From Bacteroidota bacterium (GTDB lineage Bacteria; Bacteroidota; Bacteroidia; AKYH767-A; OLB10): DNA of 64,000 nt. The position numbers were made by a program, and so were the translations under genes. Shown in pieces: positions 45,237-54,563 of the stretch. The stretch covers positions 7,148-71,147 of the forward strand of contig JANNXV010000011.1 in the NCBI GenBank assembly GCA_031409815.1. The letters are read 5' to 3'. The stretch's first letter is position 1. Each line of letters starts with the position of its first letter. The notes beneath the pieces are model-generated. The model made no database searches. It was not told the DNA's origin and worked only from the letters and a program-made list of their open reading frames with translations.

Positions 45237-47102
45237 ATGAAAAAATATTTAGCACTCTTGCTTGTGATGGTTGTTGGTTGCAACCAATCTGCAAAAAAAA
45301 ATTCTGAAAACACAGAAAACATAACCGTTAATGATGAGCACTCGTTTGCGAAACCGAATGAGGCTGTTGTCAAACATCTTGATCTCAATTTAAAAGTTGA
45401 TTTTGAAAAAAAGCAGCTCGCAGGTAAAGCCACACTCACTATTGAAAATATTGCAAAAGGAAACAACTTACATCTGGATACACGTGACCTGAATATTATT
45501 GCGATCACTTTGGATGAGAATAGTATTACCACCTTTGAGATGAAACCTGCTGTTGCTATTCTTGGTCAGGAATTAATTGTGGCCATTAAACCGGAAACCC
45601 AAAAAGTAAATATTGAATACACTACATCTGCCGAAGGTGGTGCAGTGCAGTGGTTGAGTCCTGCACAAACTGCCGGAGGCAAGCAACCTTTTTTATTTAC
45701 ACATAGCGAAGCCATACTGGCACGTACTTGGATTCCTTTACAGGACAGTCCGGGAATAAGATTTACCTACGATGCAACCATCCAATGCCCACCCAATTTA
45801 ATGGCAGTGATGAGCGCTGAAAACGATACGCTACTGCATTCAGATGGTGTCTATCATTTTCATATGCCACAGCCTATCCCATCTTACCTGATGGCATTGG
45901 CAGTAGGCGATTTAAAATTTCACTCGTATGATAATCGCAGTGGTGTTTTTGCCGAACCGGTAACATTGCCAAAAGCTGCCAACGAATTAGTTGATATACC
46001 GCGCATGATTGCAGCAGCCGAAGAATTGTATGGCCCTTATGCCTGGGGCCGTTATGATGTGTTGATATTGCCTCCAAGTTTTCCTTTTGGGGGAATGGAA
46101 AACCCACGGCTCACTTTTGCAACTCCTACTATTCTGGCTGGCGATCGTTCATTAGTTGCATTGATAGCGCATGAATTAGCACATAGCTGGAGCGGCAACT
46201 TAGTTACCAATGCAACCTGGAACGATTTCTGGCTCAATGAAGGCTTTACCGTGTATTTTGAAACACGCATTATGGAAAAATTATTTGGTAAAGACTATGC
46301 AGATATGTTAACCGTTCTGGGGAAAGGCGATCTTGATGGTACCATCGCGGATTTAGGAGATAAAAATCCTGACACACATCTTTATCTCAACCTTAAAGGA
46401 CGTGATCCGGATGAGGGCGTGAGTGATATTGCGTATGAGAAAGGAAGATTCTTTCTAACCAGTATAGAACAAACGGTGGGTCGTGATAAATGGGATTTGT
46501 TCTTAAAAAAATATTTTACCGAAAATGCTTTTCACAGCATGACCACTGAAATGTTTCTGGCATATCTTGATAAAGAACTTATCAAAAGTGACACCGCACT
46601 CAAAAACAATTTGCACATACAAGAATGGGTGTATAGTCCTGGATTGCCTGCTAATTTTCCAATTGTAACTTCTGCTGAATTAGATAAGGCAAAAGCAGCT
46701 GCTAATGATTTTATGAAAGGAACATCGCCAGCAAAAATCAATACTCAAGGTTGGACCACACACCACTGGTTGCAGTTTTTACGTGCCATGCCCAACGAAC
46801 TTACAACTGAGCAAATGAAATCTTTGGATGCACAATTTCAATTTACCGAAAGTGGTAATTCAGAAATTCTTTGCGACTGGTTGCGGCATTGTATCAGCAG
46901 CAATTATTCAGCAGCGGATTTAACCCTCGATCAATTTTTGATGAATGTAGGAAGACGCAAATTTTTACGACCGCTCTATGGCGATCTAATAAAAACTCCA
47001 TCTGGCAAAGAAAAGGCAAAAGCAATTTATGCCAGGGCAAGGCCGGGCTATCATTCAATTGCTACCACAACTTTGGATGAGATGCTGGGGGTGCCACAGT
47101 AA
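45237..47102 (+). CDS. M1 family zinc aminopeptidase (LTA4 hydrolase-like) lipoprotein
   Basis: 621 aa with a lipoprotein signal (LLVMVVGCNQS), GGMEN, HELAHSWSGN (HExxH) and a downstream WLNEGFTVY Glu ligand. Confidence 0.85.
   Translation: MKKYLALLLVMVVGCNQSAKKNSENTENITVNDEHSFAKPNEAVVKHLDLNLKVDFEKKQLAGKATLTIENIAKGNNLHLDTRDLNIIAITLDENSITTFEMKPAVAILGQELIVAIKPETQKVNIEYTTSAEGGAVQWLSPAQTAGGKQPFLFTHSEAILARTWIPLQDSPGIRFTYDATIQCPPNLMAVMSAENDTLLHSDGVYHFHMPQPIPSYLMALAVGDLKFHSYDNRSGVFAEPVTLPKAANELVDIPRMIAAAEELYGPYAWGRYDVLILPPSFPFGGMENPRLTFATPTILAGDRSLVALIAHELAHSWSGNLVTNATWNDFWLNEGFTVYFETRIMEKLFGKDYADMLTVLGKGDLDGTIADLGDKNPDTHLYLNLKGRDPDEGVSDIAYEKGRFFLTSIEQTVGRDKWDLFLKKYFTENAFHSMTTEMFLAYLDKELIKSDTALKNNLHIQEWVYSPGLPANFPIVTSAELDKAKAAANDFMKGTSPAKINTQGWTTHHWLQFLRAMPNELTTEQMKSLDAQFQFTESGNSEILCDWLRHCISSNYSAADLTLDQFLMNVGRRKFLRPLYGDLIKTPSGKEKAKAIYARARPGYHSIATTTLDEMLGVPQ
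47076..47102 (+). repeat. left copy of 27-bp direct repeat GATGAGATGCTGGGGGTGCCACAGTAA (3' end of aminopeptidase gene)
   Basis: Identical to 47863-47889. Together the two copies flank the REP-RAYT insertion. Confidence 0.9.
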
Positions 47103-47862
47103 GTTAATCACACAAACCTCCGAGGTTTAATTAGCGAATTAACAAGTGAAAAATAAAACAAACTTCAACCAATGTCTCAGGCATTACCTCCTTTAGAACC
47201 CGATTGTTATTATCACATTTATAATCATGCAAACGGCAGCGATGCATTGTTTAGAAGCGATGAAAATTATTATTACTTCCTTGAGAAATATATTCAGCAT
47301 ATTGATCCTTTTGTAAACACTTTTGCTTATTGCATGATGCCAAATCATTTTCATTTCTTTATTCAGGTTAAGGAAGATCAGTCGCAGCAAACCTCCGAGG
47401 TTTCTAAAAACCTCGGAGGTTTAAACAATGAAGAAGCATCCAAAGAAATAGATTTATCGAAACGTTTATCAAATTTATTTAATGCTTATACAAAGGCATA
47501 AAACAAAAAATTTGATCGAAGGGGAAGTTTATTTAATCATCGTTTCAAAAGAAAAAGAGTTGAAACAAACGACTACTTCATTCAACTTATTAAGTACATT
47601 CATTTAAACCCAGTGCATCATGGTTTTGTAAAACATCCAGCGGATTGGAAATTCTCTTCCTATCATTCGTTTTTAGACAAGAGAAAAACAAAGATTAATC
47701 GAAGTGAGGTTTTAATGTGGTTTGATGGAGCAGACAATTTCAGGTATGCGCATCAGTTACCTCTGAGTGATAAGTTTATTTTAGAGATGGATATTTAACC
47801 GAAAATAAACCTCCTAGGTTTTTAAAACCTAGGAGGTTTATACTGTAGCAACAGAAACGTTT
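47103..47862 (+). mobile_element. REP-RAYT (IS200-like, REP-associated tyrosine transposase) insertion flanked by 27-bp direct duplication; transposase inactivated
   Basis: REP-like palindromes AAACCTCCGAGGTTT lie at 47114-47128, 47390-47404 and 47406-47421. Variants AAACCTCCTAGGTTT / AAACCTAGGAGGTTT lie at 47808-47822 and 47825-47839. The element contains the interrupted HuH transposase ORF and is bounded by perfect 27-bp direct repeats. Confidence 0.75.
47172..47798 (+). pseudogene. IS200/IS605-like Y1 (RAYT) transposase interrupted by in-frame TAA at 47499-47501
   Basis: The HuH motif is PNHFHFF. After a single in-frame TAA the same frame continues NKKFDRRGSLFNHRFKRKRVE...YIHLNPVHHGFV...WKFSSYHSF, which includes the catalytic Tyr. 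The ORF track splits this into 47172..47501 and 47613..47798, both in frame 0. Two REP palindromes lie inside the ORF at 47390-47421. Confidence 0.75.
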
Positions 47863-47889
47863 GATGAGATGCTGGGGGTGCCACAGTAA
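47863..47889 (+). repeat. right copy of 27-bp direct repeat GATGAGATGCTGGGGGTGCCACAGTAA
   Basis: A perfect copy of 47076-47102, including the TAA stop of the aminopeptidase gene. Confidence 0.9.
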
Positions 47890-48084
47890 TTTTACTAAAG
47901 AAAAAAGTTTTTGGAAGAGGCGAGTGTGTAGGTGAGTTTTGTTGTGGATTTGGTGGAGGGTTAGCGAAGTGCTTCTAAAAAGGAGAAACTGCGAATACTG
48001 AAATAACAAACAATGCTTTCTTTAGAGTGGTTGTTGCACAATCCCGTACATTCGTACAATATCTTATCTGATCCCAACAACAAT

Positions 48085-49458
48085 ATGAAAAGAGTTTATA
48101 TCACTTTAATCTCAATACTTTTTATAAATACAATGCGGGCGCAAAACCAGGCCAACAACTGGTATTTTGGATATAATGCAGGCATAAACTTTAGCGCCAA
48201 CCCACCTATGGCCATAAACGGTGGAATGCTTACTACTGGCGAAGGATGCACCACCATGAGCGATGCCAGCGGCAACCTGTTGTTTTATTCTGATGGCGTA
48301 AATGTATGGGATCGCACGCATTCTATAATGCCAAACGGAACGGGTTTGTTTGGCCATGGATCATCAACACAATCGGCCTTAGCGGTACCTATGCCGGGCA
48401 GCACCACACTTTATTATCTTTTTACTGTACCTGCATTGCAAGACACTAACCCAATGGCTTATTCTATTGTGGATATGGCACTGCACAGTGGTTTTGGCGA
48501 TATCACCCTTAAGAACAACACACTGCTCAACAGCTCAACCGAAAAACTAACAGCTGTGTACCACAGTAATGGAACAGATATTTGGATTATAGTGCATGGT
48601 TACCCGAACAATTATTTTTATGCTTACCTGCTCACCGCATCTGGCTTAAACATCACACCTGTTGCATCCTTAGTAGGCAGCGGAATACTTTCTAGCAATA
48701 GTAAAGCTGGATATTTAAAAGCATCTTCATGCGGCAACAAGCTGGCTATGGCCAACGTTGGGTCGTTTACTGGGTCAACCTTTGAGCTGTTCGATTTCGA
48801 CAATACCGCTGGCACCGTTTCCAACGCGATAATTCTGGGTACATGGATAGGTCCCAAGGCTTATGGATGCGAGTTTTCACCCGATAATACAAAACTGTAT
48901 GCTTCATTTTGGGCTCCAGTCTGTGTAGTACAATTCGATTTAATGGCGGGTTCAACAGCAGCCATCGCTGCATCCATGGACACAGCTGGTATTCCGTCTG
49001 CTGTTCAAATCGGAGCCCTGCAAACCGGCCCTGACGGAAGAATTTATATTGCGAAAAAAGGCGATACGCATCTCGCTGCAATTATGAACCCCAACCAGCC
49101 AGCAGCATCCTGTGGATTCATAGATAATTATTTGACGCTAAGCGCCACTTGCTATTGGGGGCTACCCAATTTCATTTCTTCTTATTTCTGCAATATACGT
49201 TCGAGCGTTAACGAGGCACAGCAGCACGAGGCCGTTACCCTCTCTCCCAATCCCACCACTTCCTCCTGCACCATCACGTCATCATCTTTCACTAACTCTA
49301 CCCTCACTCTTTACGATATAACTGGCAGAACATTATTGCAACAACCTTTCAATTCTACAGCAGAATTAAATTTAAGTGCGTTCACACCAAGCATTTATAT
49401 TATCGAACTAAAAGATAAACAAGGGCACAGCGCAAAAGCAAAAGTGGTGAATGAATAA
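48085..49458 (+). CDS. secreted protein with T9SS C-terminal sorting domain (paralog of 23785..25293)
   Basis: The ORF opens at 48013, but the Met at 48085 begins a signal peptide (MKRVYITLISILFINTMRAQNQANNWYFGYNAGINF). The C-terminus is Por CTD-like (VTLSPNPTTSSCTI...IYIIELKDKQGHSAKAKVV). Confidence 0.6.
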   Translation: MKRVYITLISILFINTMRAQNQANNWYFGYNAGINFSANPPMAINGGMLTTGEGCTTMSDASGNLLFYSDGVNVWDRTHSIMPNGTGLFGHGSSTQSALAVPMPGSTTLYYLFTVPALQDTNPMAYSIVDMALHSGFGDITLKNNTLLNSSTEKLTAVYHSNGTDIWIIVHGYPNNYFYAYLLTASGLNITPVASLVGSGILSSNSKAGYLKASSCGNKLAMANVGSFTGSTFELFDFDNTAGTVSNAIILGTWIGPKAYGCEFSPDNTKLYASFWAPVCVVQFDLMAGSTAAIAASMDTAGIPSAVQIGALQTGPDGRIYIAKKGDTHLAAIMNPNQPAASCGFIDNYLTLSATCYWGLPNFISSYFCNIRSSVNEAQQHEAVTLSPNPTTSSCTITSSSFTNSTLTLYDITGRTLLQQPFNSTAELNLSAFTPSIYIIELKDKQGHSAKAKVVNE

Positions 49459-49459
49459 T

Positions 49460-49523
49460 CGTCATTGCGAGGAACGAAGCAATATTTCCATAGCAAGAGA
49501 TTGCTTCGTTCCTCGCAATGACG
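49460..49523. repeat. perfect 24-bp-stem hairpin CGTCATTGCGAGGAACGAAGCAAT...ATTGCTTCGTTCCTCGCAATGACG (bidirectional terminator between convergent genes)
   Basis: The arms at 49460-49483 and 49500-49523 are exact reverse complements, with a 16-nt loop. It begins with the GTCAT core shared with the other long hairpins. Confidence 0.8.
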
Positions 49524-49524
49524 T

Positions 49525-50433
49525 TCAAATAGTTTGTTTAGCAGCAACAACCGAATCGCGCTTTAACTTCCGCTCTTCAATTACCTGAAGAAATGGCGCC
49601 AGCTCTTTATTCAACTCTTCCACGGAGTGATGAGTGGCTGTATTATTTTCAGGCAACTGCAACCACGGCTTTCGTTTGCCATACGGATAGGCTCCAAAAA
49701 TAATTACAGGAGTTCCGTAAGCAGCAATGTTATGGTCGTCAATTAAAATCCATTGATCAGCCCAGTCATAAAACCAATGCGCATCCTCATCATACAAACG
49801 CATGCATGCATGCGATGCCGGAAAACCCGGCAAGTCGTATTGATGCAGCGAAACACCACGTGCATTATCCAGATTAAAATACCAACTCAATTTCCAGTCA
49901 GGATTATCGGTGCTTACCGTTTTTTTTGCTTTCCAATTGGTAAAATATAAACCGGTTGGAGTAGGCGTTGCTCGTTTGCCCATACTGGTGGGTCCCCAAC
50001 GAACAAGGTTTCCATTTTGATAAGCCGCAAACATTTGTGAGTAGTAAGAAAATAAAATCAGTTTAGGAATATCGGCAATTACCGGAAGGCTTAAAGGATA
50101 TGGAGCATAACGAGTAGTGTCAATCAAAAAAGTATCAGGTACAACCAATGTGTCGGCCTTCCATACGTGTTCAAAATCAATTCGGTTTAATGCCAGAATT
50201 AAATGTAGTTTTTTATCAGTAAACAGCGTATGAAGTTGAGTAATCAGCAGGCTGTCGAGGGGTAAATAATGATAAGTGAGGGGTAGCACTTCGACTGGTT
50301 TAGTGATTGGTTTTTCCAATACTACTTTCACTGCCGGACTATTTTTTTTCTCTTTTGGTTTCGTTTGATTGCAGGAAATTTGAACCCCGATAAAAACCAA
50401 AAAAATAAAATGGAAAAATTTGTTGGTGAACAT
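49525..50433 (-). CDS. L,D-transpeptidase family lipoprotein (YkuD domain)
   Basis: 302 aa with a lipoprotein signal (VFIGVQISCNQ). The C-terminal catalytic motif is HQYD...PASHACMRL (His...Cys of YkuD). Confidence 0.55.
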   Translation of the reverse strand: MFTNKFFHFIFLVFIGVQISCNQTKPKEKKNSPAVKVVLEKPITKPVEVLPLTYHYLPLDSLLITQLHTLFTDKKLHLILALNRIDFEHVWKADTLVVPDTFLIDTTRYAPYPLSLPVIADIPKLILFSYYSQMFAAYQNGNLVRWGPTSMGKRATPTPTGLYFTNWKAKKTVSTDNPDWKLSWYFNLDNARGVSLHQYDLPGFPASHACMRLYDEDAHWFYDWADQWILIDDHNIAAYGTPVIIFGAYPYGKRKPWLQLPENNTATHHSVEELNKELAPFLQVIEERKLKRDSVVAAKQTI

Positions 50434-50503
50434 TAAAAATTTAACACCACAAACCTAACTAAAACAATAAAGCCGCGTTTCAATCGTATCTTTACTTTAT
50501 CAA

Positions 50504-51094
50504 ATGATTAAACAATTTTTAATCTTCTTATTGGTTTGCTCAAGTGGTGTGAAGGCGCAAACAAATATTGTGGGTTCTTTTAAAGGAAATCAGCTCGATC
50601 AAACGGTCTATTTAGCGTTCACCATTATTGCCGGACAAACCTGTAGTGGTATCAATATCGAACGAAGTACCGACTCATTAAATTTCTTTACGATAGGAGA
50701 TATTGCTGGAGTCTGCGGAAGCATTTCATCACCTGTTGATTATAATTATACCGACTCGTTTCCAATTAATAATGCCAATAATTATTACCGGTTAGCTCCA
50801 GGAAATTCAGATTGGTCGGAGGTTATTAAAGTATTTTTTAAGGCCAAAAGCAAAAGCGCATTTGTGGTAAGCCCTAATCCTTTTCTAAGCACAGCGAGTA
50901 TAAATTTTCAAAACCCTGGCCGGAAAACTGTGCAATGGGTGTTGTATGATATTAATGGAAAGCACACAGCCGCTGGAGTAGTTAAAGATGATTCATTTAT
51001 TTTGTCGCGCAACAACCTGTATTCAGGAATGTATTTTTTACATCTCACCATCGACAATCAGGATTTTCAAAAAGTAAAACTGATTATTGAATAA
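50504..51094 (+). CDS. small secreted protein with T9SS C-terminal sorting domain
   Basis: 196 aa with a signal peptide. The C-terminus VVSPNPFLSTASINF...GMYFLHLTIDNQDFQKVKLIIE matches the CTD pattern. Confidence 0.45.
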   Translation: MIKQFLIFLLVCSSGVKAQTNIVGSFKGNQLDQTVYLAFTIIAGQTCSGINIERSTDSLNFFTIGDIAGVCGSISSPVDYNYTDSFPINNANNYYRLAPGNSDWSEVIKVFFKAKSKSAFVVSPNPFLSTASINFQNPGRKTVQWVLYDINGKHTAAGVVKDDSFILSRNNLYSGMYFLHLTIDNQDFQKVKLIIE

Positions 51095-51181
51095 GCCATT
51101 TTGCTTTGCCGCTTAATTACCTCATTACTTAATCACTTATTTTTGCCCTCCTTAAAATAAAGCATTCTTAAATTATAAACA

Positions 51182-52360
51182 ATGGCACAAGACCGTTTTC
51201 AGGCACCCGATTATTACCAAATTGACGATTTACTTACCGAAGAACACAAACTCATTCGCAATTCAGTGCGTGAGTGGGTAAAAAAGGAAGTGTCGCCTAT
51301 TATCGAAGATTATGCACAACGTGCAGAGTTTCCTAAACATTTGATAAAGGGATTAGCAGAGATTGGAGCTTTCGGACCTTACATTCCGGTTGAATATGGT
51401 GGTGGAGGATTGGATCAGATCAGTTATGGTTTGATCATGCAGGAAATTGAACGTGGCGATTCCGGAATTCGTTCTACGGCTTCGGTGCAAAGTTCATTGG
51501 TTATGTATCCTATCTACACTTATGGCAGCGAAGCACAACGTAAAAAATATTTACCCAAACTTGCCACTGGAGAATATCTTGGTTGCTTTGGTTTAACAGA
51601 ACCTGATGCCGGAAGCAATCCAAGTGGAATGCTTACCAATTTTAAAGATGCCGGAGATCATGTTATCCTGAACGGAAGCAAGATGTGGATTAGTAATGCC
51701 CCATTTGCACAAATTGCAGTGGTTTGGGCTAAGGATGAGGCTGGTGATATAAGAGGTTTGGTTGTTGAACGTGGAATGGAAGGTTTTTCTACCCCTGAAA
51801 CGCATGGTAAATGGAGTTTACGTGCAAGTGCAACAGGCGAGTTGGTTTTTGATAATGTTAAAGTACCCAAAGAAAATATTTTCCCAAATGTGAAAGGATT
51901 AAAAGGCCCGCTAGGTTGTTTGAATTCAGCTCGCTTTGGTATTGCTTGGGGCGCAATTGGAGCAGCAATGGATTGTTACGATTCTGCTTTAAGATATTCT
52001 AAGGAACGCAAACAATTCGGCAGACCTATTGGAGGATTTCAGTTGCAACAAAAGAAATTAGCGGAGATGATTACAGAAATCACCAAAGCACAATTGCTGG
52101 CTTGGAGATTGGGTGTTTTGAAGAATGAGAACCGTGCGACACCGGCACAAATCTCTATGGCTAAACGCAACAATGTTAACATGGCTTTACAAATTACCCA
52201 TGCAGCACGTCAAATACATGGAGGTATGGGCATCACAGGCGAGTATCCAATTATGCGCCACATGATGAATTTAGAAAGTGTTATAACTTATGAGGGAACC
52301 CATGATATTCATTTATTGATAACGGGAATGGATATTACAGGAGAGAACGCGTTTACATAA
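51182..52360 (+). CDS. acyl-CoA dehydrogenase (glutaryl-CoA dehydrogenase-like)
   Basis: 392 aa with ACAD N, middle and C domains. The signature blocks are YGCFGLTEPDAGSNP and GGMGITGEYPIMRHMMNLESVITYEGT. Confidence 0.85.
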   Translation: MAQDRFQAPDYYQIDDLLTEEHKLIRNSVREWVKKEVSPIIEDYAQRAEFPKHLIKGLAEIGAFGPYIPVEYGGGGLDQISYGLIMQEIERGDSGIRSTASVQSSLVMYPIYTYGSEAQRKKYLPKLATGEYLGCFGLTEPDAGSNPSGMLTNFKDAGDHVILNGSKMWISNAPFAQIAVVWAKDEAGDIRGLVVERGMEGFSTPETHGKWSLRASATGELVFDNVKVPKENIFPNVKGLKGPLGCLNSARFGIAWGAIGAAMDCYDSALRYSKERKQFGRPIGGFQLQQKKLAEMITEITKAQLLAWRLGVLKNENRATPAQISMAKRNNVNMALQITHAARQIHGGMGITGEYPIMRHMMNLESVITYEGTHDIHLLITGMDITGENAFT

Positions 52361-52468
52361 ATATTTTATAAGAACTGAAACTTTACACTCATATAGAAAG
52401 TACAACACAACAAATGCAAACGAAGTTCATTCTTTAACAGGAATTATTTATGTTTGCAGTAAAATAAT

Positions 52469-52539
52469 GGTCGTGTGGCCGAGCGGTTAGGCAGAGGTCT
52501 GCAAAACCTCCTACAGCGGTTCAAATCCGCTCGCGACCT
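52469..52539 (+). tRNA. tRNA-Cys (anticodon GCA)
   Basis: Manual fold. The acceptor is GGTCGTG/CGCGACC. The 3-bp D-stem is GCC/GGC. The anticodon stem is GAGGT/ACCTC with loop CTGCAAA. The T-arm is AGCGG-TTCAAAT-CCGCT, and the discriminator is T. Confidence 0.75.
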
Positions 52540-52541
52540 CA

Positions 52542-52575
52542 AAGAGTGCTTCAGCAATGGAGCACTCTTTTTATT
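52542..52575. terminator. rho-independent terminator (after tRNA-Cys; also at 3' end of recJ)
   Basis: AAGAGTGCT-tcagcaatgg-AGCACTCTT is followed by TTTATTTT. Confidence 0.75.
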
Positions 52576-54322
52576 TTGATGCTACTTGCGATTTTTCATG
52601 AGCCTCAACAGGTTGTTCAGCAAATTTCAGGTCTTTGATGTTGAGTTGTAAAGTGGTGCGACCATTATAAGTATTTTCTTCAATATGATAAACAACATCG
52701 AAGCACTCTTTTTGCTCTATTTGAGGGTGATGATGCCCTAGTTGAAATGCGATACCATCGTATGATTCGCGGGTAAATTCTTCTTGTGTAATAGTTAGTT
52801 TGAGGTGATTATTTCCAACCACACGGCCTTTTCCATTATCACGTACACAATCGCTTCTGAAAATGGGGGCCATATTTTGAGGACCAAAAGGAGCAAATTG
52901 TTTAAGAATTCGGAAAAATCGGGGAGTAATATCCTTTAATTGTAAAACTGCATCAACTTCTATTTCGCGTGTAAGCATTCTTTCTTCAATTGTTGAAGCT
53001 ACCACTTGCTCAAATCGTTCGCGAAAGGCTTCCACATTTTCTTCTTTCATGGTTAAGCCTGCTGCATACATATGCCCTCCAAACTGCTCCAGCAAATCGC
53101 TACAACTTTCTATTGCATTATAGATGTCAAAATCTTTAACTGAACGTCCGGAGCCAGAAACAATATCGTTGCTTTTGGTAAGTACGATGGTTGGCCGATA
53201 GTATTTCTCAGTTAATCGCGAAGCCACAATTCCTATTACACCTTTATGCCACGAAGAGTGATAAACAACAGTTGATTTTTTGGTTGCCGAAAGTGGATCG
53301 TCTTCTACTTGTTGCAATGCTTGATCAGTAATTATCTGATCCAGATTTTTACGTGTAGTATTCGAATCATCAATTCCATCGCCTAACAAAGTGGCAACAT
53401 CTGCATTTTTTGAAACCAATAATTCTACTGCTTTGTTGCCATGTTCAATCCTTCCGGCTGCATTAATGCGAGGCGCAATTGTAAAAACGATATCGCTAAT
53501 TGTTAATTCCTTTTTATAAGCACTTAAATCTAAAATTGCTTTTATTCCGGGGCGTGGTTCGCGGTTTAATATTTGCAATCCGAAATAAGCAAGTATTCTG
53601 TTTTCGCCATTAATGGGTACAATGTCAGCAGCAGTGCTTACAGCAACTAAATCAAGATATTGCTCGAGCTGATTAAACGGAATATTGTTTTTTTGTGCTA
53701 TTGCCTGCACTAATTTAAAGCCAATTCCACATCCGCTTAACTCTTTAAAAGGATAAGGACAATCAGTGCGTTTAGGGTCAAGCACTGCAACAGCTTTTGG
53801 AATTTCAGCATCGGGCCGGTGATGATCGCAAATAATAAAATCAATAGCTAACTCATTTGCATAATCAATTTTATCGATCGATTTAATACCGCAATCAAGT
53901 GCAATTATTAAAGTGTAATTATTTTCTTTCGCCCAGTCGATTCCGATTTTAGAAATGCCATATCCTTCGCGATAACGGTCAGGGATATAATAAGTCACAT
54001 TGCCATGTAATGTTTTTAGAAAGGTATATACCAACGAAACCGCTGTTGTTCCATCAACATCATAATCACCATAAACTAAAATATTTTCTTTTTCACGAAT
54101 AGCTTCTTCAATTCTTTCTACCGCCTTGTCCATGTCTTTCATAATAAAAGGATCGTGCAGATGGTCGAGCGATGGTCGAAAGAAATTTCGCGCATCTTCA
54201 AAAGTATTGATACCACGCTGAACTAAAAGGTTAGCTAAAATGGCATTGATCTTTAGTTCTGATGATAAAGCAGCAACAAAATTAGGATCACCGGGTGTTT
54301 TTAATACCCACTTTTTTTGCAT
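52571..54322 (-). CDS. recJ: single-stranded-DNA-specific exonuclease RecJ
   Basis: 583 aa. DHH motifs (YGDYDVDGTTA, DHHRPD-like ICDHHRPD) and a DHHA1 domain (GGHMYAAG) are present. Confidence 0.9.
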   Translation of the reverse strand: MQKKWVLKTPGDPNFVAALSSELKINAILANLLVQRGINTFEDARNFFRPSLDHLHDPFIMKDMDKAVERIEEAIREKENILVYGDYDVDGTTAVSLVYTFLKTLHGNVTYYIPDRYREGYGISKIGIDWAKENNYTLIIALDCGIKSIDKIDYANELAIDFIICDHHRPDAEIPKAVAVLDPKRTDCPYPFKELSGCGIGFKLVQAIAQKNNIPFNQLEQYLDLVAVSTAADIVPINGENRILAYFGLQILNREPRPGIKAILDLSAYKKELTISDIVFTIAPRINAAGRIEHGNKAVELLVSKNADVATLLGDGIDDSNTTRKNLDQIITDQALQQVEDDPLSATKKSTVVYHSSWHKGVIGIVASRLTEKYYRPTIVLTKSNDIVSGSGRSVKDFDIYNAIESCSDLLEQFGGHMYAAGLTMKEENVEAFRERFEQVVASTIEERMLTREIEVDAVLQLKDITPRFFRILKQFAPFGPQNMAPIFRSDCVRDNGKGRVVGNNHLKLTITQEEFTRESYDGIAFQLGHHHPQIEQKECFDVVYHIEENTYNGRTTLQLNIKDLKFAEQPVEAHEKSQVASK

Positions 54323-54563
54323 GGATGAATGAGCTTTTTGAAGTAAACAAATATAGGATGAATGCCCAGTTTACTAATGAAGCAAATTAAAAGTTATTGA
54401 CATGCAACCCTTTTAATAAATGTAACGTCAGCAAGTAATTTCTTCCAGATAATTGAAGTATTCAAAATGAAAATTTACTAACCAATTTATTGAAGTGGAT
54501 AAGCTTGAAACTTAACACGCTGTAGTTTGTTTATTTTTAACCACATCTTAATAAAATCAGTAT

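Noticed and set aside
47172-47798. Treating 47172..47501 and 47613..47798 as two separate small genes
   Set aside because: Both are in frame 0 and RAYT homology continues through the intervening 111 nt. A single TAA at 47499-47501 separates them, so this is one interrupted gene.
48013-48084. ORF start at 48013 (MLSLEWLLHNPVHSYNILSDPNNN...) for the T9SS-cargo paralog
   Set aside because: The first 24 codons lack signal-peptide character, whereas the Met at 48085 begins a canonical signal peptide that aligns with the N-terminus of the paralog at 25293.
54323-54563. Long (241-bp) leader before the ABC uptake operon as a possible riboswitch
   Set aside because: No recognisable conserved riboswitch core or convincing stable multi-stem structure could be identified by eye. 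It remains only a possibility.
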